A stretch of 64,000 bases of DNA from a virus. Below, in pieces: positions 58,366 through 64,000 of this stretch (positions are counted from its first letter, which is position 1; each line of letters begins with the position of its first letter). The notes under the pieces are model-generated. The model was not told the origin of the DNA. It worked only from the letters and a program-made list of their open reading frames with translations, and did no database searches. A program made the translations under genes and the position numbers. The DNA lies in IMG/VR virus record IMGVR_UViG_3300032893_000016, positions 34,147-98,146 of that record. One strand, written 5' to 3'.

Positions 58366-58764
58366 TTACTCGCAGCCCTTCAATGCAGTGGTCAGTTCGT
58401 TTTCCCGTTGCTGGCGAAGCAAACGGCCTTCCAGAAGTTCCTTCATGACGAAGTGTACGTTTTCCAGTTCATCCATTAACGCCTTGACATCATTGTTGTC
58501 CGCCTTCAATCGTGCCGCAGCGTCAGGATAAGGGATGGTCTGAAGCAGGGTATCATTGTCAGGATACTTCTGCGGGTCCAGACTGATTTGTGGCTTGCAA
58601 TGTACCGCGTTGTTGATAGGTACATCGACCGTGACGGTCTTGACCTTGTCCTCATTGGGCACGGTGGAGCAGGCAGCCAAGCAAACCAGACCAATGGCCA
58701 ACACCCCGGCCAAAATGGTGATGAAGGTCCACTTCAACCAATTGTGTTTCGTTGCTGTTCTCAT
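58366..58764 (-). CDS. Putative o-spanin lipoprotein
   Basis: Lipobox LAAC; follows i-spanin. Confidence 0.65.
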   Translation of the reverse strand: MRTATKHNWLKWTFITILAGVLAIGLVCLAACSTVPNEDKVKTVTVDVPINNAVHCKPQISLDPQKYPDNDTLLQTIPYPDAAARLKADNNDVKALMDELENVHFVMKELLEGRLLRQQRENELTTALKGCE

Positions 58765-59210
58765 TGTGCAAACCCCTTCAGCATCAAATCTTGGAATGAA
58801 AGCACGGCCCCGGCGATGCCGGAACGATCGAAGCCGAGCGCCTGAATGTGTGCCAAACGTTTCTCAAGCGCTGTGCGCTTTGCCTGCTCGGCCGCCAGCG
58901 CATCGTTGGCCCTCTTGGTCGCGGCATCAGACGCAACCTTGGCATCCGCCTGCATTTTCTTGATGCGGAAGTTCTGGTCGTCGATGGCCGCGTTCAGGGT
59001 GCCCTCATTGTCCTGACAGACCTTCAGCCGCTTGATCGCAAGGTCGCGGTCAGCAGCCGCCTGTTTGCCACCCGGGATGATCGTCCAGTGGACAAAGGGA
59101 ACGTACAGACCCTCCCATCGCAGGCCAAAGTAAAGAGAGGCCGGTAGACAGATGAGCAGAAGCACCGCCATTATGACGGCGATCAATTTACTTGTTAACC
59201 ACGCCACCAT
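58761..59210 (-). CDS. Putative i-spanin (Rz-like)
   Basis: N-terminal TM then alanine-rich coiled coil; after holin. Confidence 0.65.
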   Translation of the reverse strand: MVAWLTSKLIAVIMAVLLLICLPASLYFGLRWEGLYVPFVHWTIIPGGKQAAADRDLAIKRLKVCQDNEGTLNAAIDDQNFRIKKMQADAKVASDAATKRANDALAAEQAKRTALEKRLAHIQALGFDRSGIAGAVLSFQDLMLKGFAQ

Positions 59211-59511
59211 TTTTTGCTGCCTCCATTCGAGCTTCGGATAGATTGCGTTCTTTCTTGTCGTAATGATGGGACGCATGAGAGCCACCAAGGTAGCTACCCA
59301 CCATGGGGCCAATGTCCATGACATGGCCGAGCATGTCCCAATGGCCGCCAATCCACGCAAGGATACCCGCCGCAACGGTGCTCATGCCCGCAAGATTCGC
59401 GGCCCACAGATTGATCTTGACGGGCGACAGCTTGTTCTCGCTGTCATCCAGAACATTGACGAAACGAGCCACCTTGATGACCCGGCTGGTGTCGGGGGGA
59501 TAGATGGGCAT
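59188..59511 (-). CDS. Putative holin
   Basis: Two weakly hydrophobic segments, charged C-terminus, next to endolysin. Confidence 0.5.
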   Translation of the reverse strand: MPIYPPDTSRVIKVARFVNVLDDSENKLSPVKINLWAANLAGMSTVAAGILAWIGGHWDMLGHVMDIGPMVGSYLGGSHASHHYDKKERNLSEARMEAAKNGGVVNK

Positions 59512-60155
59512 TACGTGAATACCTTCTTTGCATGGGCCGTGGCTGCAATGCGTTGTTCGAGGCTTGTCAGGCCGCCATTCAAATGCTGAGTAACGGTCTG
59601 GACGTTATCCTGATCGGAAGGAGGATTGCAGCCATGCTCCTTCCAGAAGTGCAGGGCGATCAGCGCCGCGTTGCTCCACACCATCGCAAGGTCCGGGTCG
59701 GCAACAAGGTCCAAGCCCAGCTCTTTCCCGAAGTGCGTATAGTTGTAAAGGCCGGTGATCTGGATGATGCCGCGCCCGCGGTAGCGCCAGCCATTGCCGT
59801 TCCCTTCCGGACCATTACCCAGCGGATCATGAACATGGCCTTGATCGTCTGTCCACGCGGCGTAGGCTGCGTTGGCAAGGGCTTCCGGGTTGTGGGCAAG
59901 ACTGGCAGCCCTGTCCTCCAACCGGGGCCATTCGCGCGCGATAGCATCCGCGCTGTAATTAAGGTTTTCGACGACATGGGTGAACCCTTGACACTCGACA
60001 AAGGTCTGACCCATGAAGTGTTGGCAGTTCAAAACTGAAGGCAGATAGTTGTCCCGTTGGGCTTCGAGTGTGCCGGCGAGGGCAGTCGCCACCGTGCTCT
60101 GACAATTGGGGGCAAACGAAAGGATGCGCAGCGCTGTGAACATACTCAACTCCAT
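59511..60155 (-). CDS. Glycoside hydrolase family 19 endolysin
   Basis: FMGQ..VE..GF...ENLNYS, GWRYRGRGIIQITGLYNY, LNGG. Confidence 0.9.
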   Translation of the reverse strand: MELSMFTALRILSFAPNCQSTVATALAGTLEAQRDNYLPSVLNCQHFMGQTFVECQGFTHVVENLNYSADAIAREWPRLEDRAASLAHNPEALANAAYAAWTDDQGHVHDPLGNGPEGNGNGWRYRGRGIIQITGLYNYTHFGKELGLDLVADPDLAMVWSNAALIALHFWKEHGCNPPSDQDNVQTVTQHLNGGLTSLEQRIAATAHAKKVFT

Positions 60156-60631
60156 TTCAGCCCAAGGAGGGCAGCCTTGGTTTGGGCATTATTTGTCGCC
60201 GCCAACAGCGCATCCCGCTTTGCGTTGGCAGCCTTCCGATCCTGTAGATGAGCCTTAGCCTTGGCTGTGGCCGCCGCATCGCCCAGCGCCGCGCCGAGCT
60301 GAACTTCCACCACGTCGAAGTTGGGAGTGACAGCATCCCGGTGCGCGGTATGGATTTCCATCAGCTTGACCGCCTTATCCCAATCCGTCGGAGCTGTGCG
60401 CGGCACAATCCGCTTTGTAACAAGATCTACTTTGTGATCGTTGGGATGCGGCTTGAAATCATGGATGTCGGTTGTGATAAGGAAGTCATGTCCATCCAGT
60501 AGAAGGTGCTGCATGTGCGCGACCATGAAGGGAACATCGCACCGCTTTTGAATATGTCCAGTGGTGGTATCGAAGACCACTACTGAAACCATTCTTGTTG
60601 GCGCTGACGTAATCTTGACTTCAATAGTCAT
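60146..60631 (-). CDS. Putative tail assembly chaperone
   Basis: Directly after the tail fibre (ATGA overlap). Confidence 0.5.
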   Translation of the reverse strand: MTIEVKITSAPTRMVSVVVFDTTTGHIQKRCDVPFMVAHMQHLLLDGHDFLITTDIHDFKPHPNDHKVDLVTKRIVPRTAPTDWDKAVKLMEIHTAHRDAVTPNFDVVEVQLGAALGDAAATAKAKAHLQDRKAANAKRDALLAATNNAQTKAALLGLKWS

Positions 60632-63600
60632 CTCTTCAACTCCGTAGCGTGCATGGTCGCCCCGTTTGATGTGGGTGTGTTGCCAGCCTGCCAGTAAATG
60701 TACAAATAGTAATTCTGGTAACCGGTGTACCCAGCAGTATCAATGCAATCAAACGCGGTGTTGATAAAGTCCGGGCACGAACCGCCGCCATAGCCAATCT
60801 GCCCGATAACTGTGCCACCCGGGTTCTGGATTTGATAGTAGCCGCGCGGACCATTTGTATTCCACGTAATGTAATCCGACATGGACACGAGCACGTTGGT
60901 TCCCACGTCCAGGTTCACAGTCAGATAGCCAATTTGGTACCAAGTGCCTGTGCCAGGTACAGAGTAGGAACCTAGCGTTGTTCCGTACGAATTGGAAACT
61001 GCATTACTGACCAAGTGGCCGGTGACAATGATGCTGTTGACAACGATGGCGGTGGCGTTCACCGCACCAACAGCAATTGTGCCCGCCGTGATCGCGTTGG
61101 TATCAATCTTGCCCGCGGTTACCGCGTTGGCGGCAAGCTTGAGCGCGCTGATCGCACCATCTACGACAAGGTTGCCATCGGCTCTGCGATTGACAACAGG
61201 GCTGGTAAAAGTTGCAGCATCTCCGTTGGACACAACACCAACGTAGAAGAACAGATCAAAGTAATATGCGCCAGCAGGAGCAGTGGCGGTTCCAGAGAAA
61301 CTATACGGACCCCCTGTTATAGTTTGGGCCTGAATAGTCGTATTACTAAGGCCCGCACCAGTATTATCGTACCACTCCATCTGCAAAGTGCCAGTGGCCG
61401 TCTGTCCCGACGTGCCACCAGCACAAGATGCGTAGAACTGATCTCCTGGATTGCAGGCAATCTTTTTGGTACCTAAACCAGCATAACTATTTGAAGCACT
61501 TGACTGGGTAGCAAGTAGGACGTTGCGCGTGTTCCACGAACCACCAGGAGTGATAACGCTAAGAGAACATCCGCCCGGCCATGCGCCCCAGTAACTCAAA
61601 TCATTGATATTGCTATCTAGGATCAGGTTATCGACTGAGCCGATAAACATTTTCGACGCGGAAACCGCACCCGCTGCAATCTGTGTCGCATTCACCGCGC
61701 CCGCTGCAATCGTGGCGGTCGTGACAGCGTTCGCGGCAATCGTGCCCGCCGTCACTGCATTGGCGGCAATCGTTCCAGCCGTGACAGCATTGGCAGCAAT
61801 CTTGCCCGCAGTAATCTCACCCGCACCAATCTTGGCCGCCGTGATCGCACCATCAACGATAAGGCTGCCCGTCATGCGAGCGTACATTGCCGGGCCACCC
61901 ATGTAAGCATTACCGGTCGAGGTGGCAGTCACCTTAAATTGCAGCGCGATACCAAACGAACCAGCCGGGACCGTTACGGTGCCAGAGAATTGAGCCGGCG
62001 TTGAATTGATCGTGCCGGTCTGCACCGTAGAGGTGCTGGTCTGTGAACCAGACGTATCGTAGAACACGGCAATGAGATTGCCGCCCGTATTGCTGTTATC
62101 AGAACCCAGGTATGCGGAAAGCAGAAGACTATCACCCGGCTGACAGGAAATAATCTTGGACGTTGCACCATTGCCGGACGTGGCCGCGAACTTCAGGCGC
62201 GACAGTGTGCCCCAGGTAGTGCCGCCAGACGCATCAAAGGAAATGGCACCAGAGAGCGCCGTCCAATACGCAATGTCCGCAAGGTTAGCGTCGAGAATCA
62301 GGTTCTGCACCGACCCAATGAACATCTTGCTGGCGCTGATGGCCCCTGCCGCGATCTGCGTGGCGGTGATGGCCGCCGCAGCAATCGAGCCGGTAGTCAC
62401 GCTGTTGGCGATCAGATCACCACCATCTACTGCTTTGGTCCAAGCACCAGCAACCACGCGGTACAGCTTGCCGTCGGTTGAAAGCCATGCGAACTGACCA
62501 TTGTTCGCGCCGGTTACAGCGGGCAGAGAAGTAACGATCTGAACCGGGGTGATGCCCGCCGCAAATTTCGTAATGTCGATGGCGTTGGCCGCAATCTGAC
62601 CCGCCGTGATCGTACCGGTAATATCCACCGCGGCAACAGCTGGGGTCCATGCGCCAGCCACCACGCGGTACAATTTACCATCAGTCGAAAGTGTGGCCAC
62701 CTGCCCATTGTTCGCCGTCGTGACGGCAGGCAGGCTTGTCACAACCTGTACTGGGGTAATCCCAGCCGCGAACTTGGTGATGTCGATGGAGGCTGCGGTG
62801 ATGTTGACACCCGGCACAGCCACAGTCCAGGAGCTGGAACCAGAATCCCAGCGATACAACTGCTTGTCGGTCGTCAGGAAGACAACGTTACCATTTGCGT
62901 TATTTGCAGGCAGCGACGACGCAACCTGAACGGCGTTCAAGCTCTCCGCAAGGAGTACGGCCAGCACAGCACCACTTGCAATTGAACTGGCATCCACTGC
63001 ACCGGGCGCGATGAGCGGGTTGGTGATGGCGTTGTTGGCAATATCGCCCGTGTTAACTTGCGCCACAGTGTTGGTCGCACCAGCGCCAGCATTGGTCGGA
63101 TCAAACAGACCTTCGTTGCCGGAAATGTCGCGGCACCTGATCCAATACCAGTACTGCGTGTTGGCCACGGCCGTCTGGTCATTGTACTGAGTGGCATAGG
63201 AGCCAGCGTCCGCGATGTGCGTCGCATGGGCAAAGGTGCTATCCGCTGACCGCCAAATTTCCACTGCCGCAATGCCGACATTGGGCGCGTTGACCCAATT
63301 CAACTGGAGGCCAAGCTTAGCCGCCGTCACGGTGAGGCTTTGTGGCGCATAGATGGTCGGCGGCCCGCCGATCACATGGGTGTAGGCCGTGACTTCGGAT
63401 AGATCCTGGTAGCCACCTCCAAAGATATTAAAGCTGGCCAGCTTAATGTAAATGGTGCGGCCAATATCCGCCTTGGTGTAGGGGATGCGGACGATGTTAT
63501 CGTCCATGCGTACGAACAAGCTGCCTGCAAGGTGGTTGGAGTTTGATGAGCCCCACTGACCACGACGCAGGTAGCCGGTGCTGGGTGCGCCATTGCACCC

Positions 63601-64000
63601 CAGGTTATAGTGGTACGTGCTCGTCAGCGTGGCTTGTTGATAGGAAAGGTATTCACCATCTACGAAGCAAAGCGTGGTAGCGGTGTCCGCATCGTTCTGC
63701 GTACCGCCCTCGATTTGGCCTTGGCTTTCGGTCAGGTCGATGGACAGGGTATTGGTCGTATCCGGATCGCTACCGCTTGGGAGGTTCGCGGTCAGGGTAC
63801 CAATGCGGCTGGGACCCGACAGCGTGGCAATCTTGGCGTACGTCGCATTGTCGGTGGAGAGGTAGACATCGCAACCACCCCAGTTCGGATTGCCGGTTTC
63901 CGAACACGTGGCCAGCCATGTCTCCAGACCGATCACGTTGGCAAGCTGGACGGGCACATCGAAGATCGCCGGCGTCAGGGCATCGCCGGGCGCGACGTTG
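60628..64000 (-). CDS. Tail fibre / host-specificity protein, 5' end beyond the window
   Basis: Frame open to the edge; GCDVYLSTD, LRRGQWGS, IYIKLASFN, FN3-like YWYWIR, ITAxxIAAxA repeats, two carbohydrate-binding-like domains. Confidence 0.88.
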   Translation of the reverse strand, partial: NVAPGDALTPAIFDVPVQLANVIGLETWLATCSETGNPNWGGCDVYLSTDNATYAKIATLSGPSRIGTLTANLPSGSDPDTTNTLSIDLTESQGQIEGGTQNDADTATTLCFVDGEYLSYQQATLTSTYHYNLGCNGAPSTGYLRRGQWGSSNSNHLAGSLFVRMDDNIVRIPYTKADIGRTIYIKLASFNIFGGGYQDLSEVTAYTHVIGGPPTIYAPQSLTVTAAKLGLQLNWVNAPNVGIAAVEIWRSADSTFAHATHIADAGSYATQYNDQTAVANTQYWYWIRCRDISGNEGLFDPTNAGAGATNTVAQVNTGDIANNAITNPLIAPGAVDASSIASGAVLAVLLAESLNAVQVASSLPANNANGNVVFLTTDKQLYRWDSGSSSWTVAVPGVNITAASIDITKFAAGITPVQVVTSLPAVTTANNGQVATLSTDGKLYRVVAGAWTPAVAAVDITGTITAGQIAANAIDITKFAAGITPVQIVTSLPAVTGANNGQFAWLSTDGKLYRVVAGAWTKAVDGGDLIANSVTTGSIAAAAITATQIAAGAISASKMFIGSVQNLILDANLADIAYWTALSGAISFDASGGTTWGTLSRLKFAATSGNGATSKIISCQPGDSLLLSAYLGSDNSNTGGNLIAVFYDTSGSQTSTSTVQTGTINSTPAQFSGTVTVPAGSFGIALQFKVTATSTGNAYMGGPAMYARMTGSLIVDGAITAAKIGAGEITAGKIAANAVTAGTIAANAVTAGTIAANAVTTATIAAGAVNATQIAAGAVSASKMFIGSVDNLILDSNINDLSYWGAWPGGCSLSVITPGGSWNTRNVLLATQSSASNSYAGLGTKKIACNPGDQFYASCAGGTSGQTATGTLQMEWYDNTGAGLSNTTIQAQTITGGPYSFSGTATAPAGAYYFDLFFYVGVVSNGDAATFTSPVVNRRADGNLVVDGAISALKLAANAVTAGKIDTNAITAGTIAVGAVNATAIVVNSIIVTGHLVSNAVSNSYGTTLGSYSVPGTGTWYQIGYLTVNLDVGTNVLVSMSDYITWNTNGPRGYYQIQNPGGTVIGQIGYGGGSCPDFINTAFDCIDTAGYTGYQNYYLYIYWQAGNTPTSNGATMHATELKR
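61670..61860 (-). repeat. 30-nt coding tandem repeat (VTAGTIAANA-type) in the tail fibre
   Basis: About six imperfect 10-aa units. Confidence 0.8.

Noticed and set aside
60628-64000. Diversity-generating retroelement acting on the tail fibre
   Set aside because: No reverse transcriptase in the window; the duplications are in-frame coding repeats without an evident adenine-specific pattern.
1-64000. Prophage or host chromosome boundary
   Set aside because: No integrase, att site or host housekeeping region seen; recA, folE and que genes sit in phage-style operons.

Overview
A 64-kb segment of a GC-rich lytic tailed dsDNA phage; promoter style and Tat/BamE-like genes suggest an alphaproteobacterial host (inference). 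Nearly all genes are on the minus strand. From right to left: a tail fibre (truncated), a tail chaperone and a lysis cassette (GH19 endolysin, holin, spanins); a plus-strand block of mostly unknown genes (52.7-57.6 kb, with DUF3310-like and degenerate NYN proteins); a replication/recombination module (DnaB-like and SNF2 helicases, primase, beta clamp, UDG-fused family A polymerase, clamp loader, UvsY-like, SSB, RecA, resolvase, SbcD/SbcC); an interleaved 7-deazaguanine DNA modification pathway (queE, queD, folE, queC, TGT-fold dpdA-like); many small accessory genes; and the start of a virion-protein block. The most striking feature is a 2.23-kb non-coding array (49279-51508) of about 61 units of ~36 nt, with two alternating ~10-nt repeats separated by ~8-9-nt variable spacers. 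It lies directly upstream of a nuclease-less IS110/Nop-domain gene (48284-49153), the architecture of a TIGR-Tas (TasA-type) RNA-guided system. Other leads: three tandem mini-paralogues that may supply a missing N-terminal piece of the DpdA-like enzyme, paired steric-gate substitutions in the polymerase, a recurring R[VI]xL[DE] terminal motif in replisome proteins, a Tat-signal mini-protein carrying a tail-fibre repeat, and two structured intergenic regions. All family assignments come from motif recognition by eye; no searches were run.
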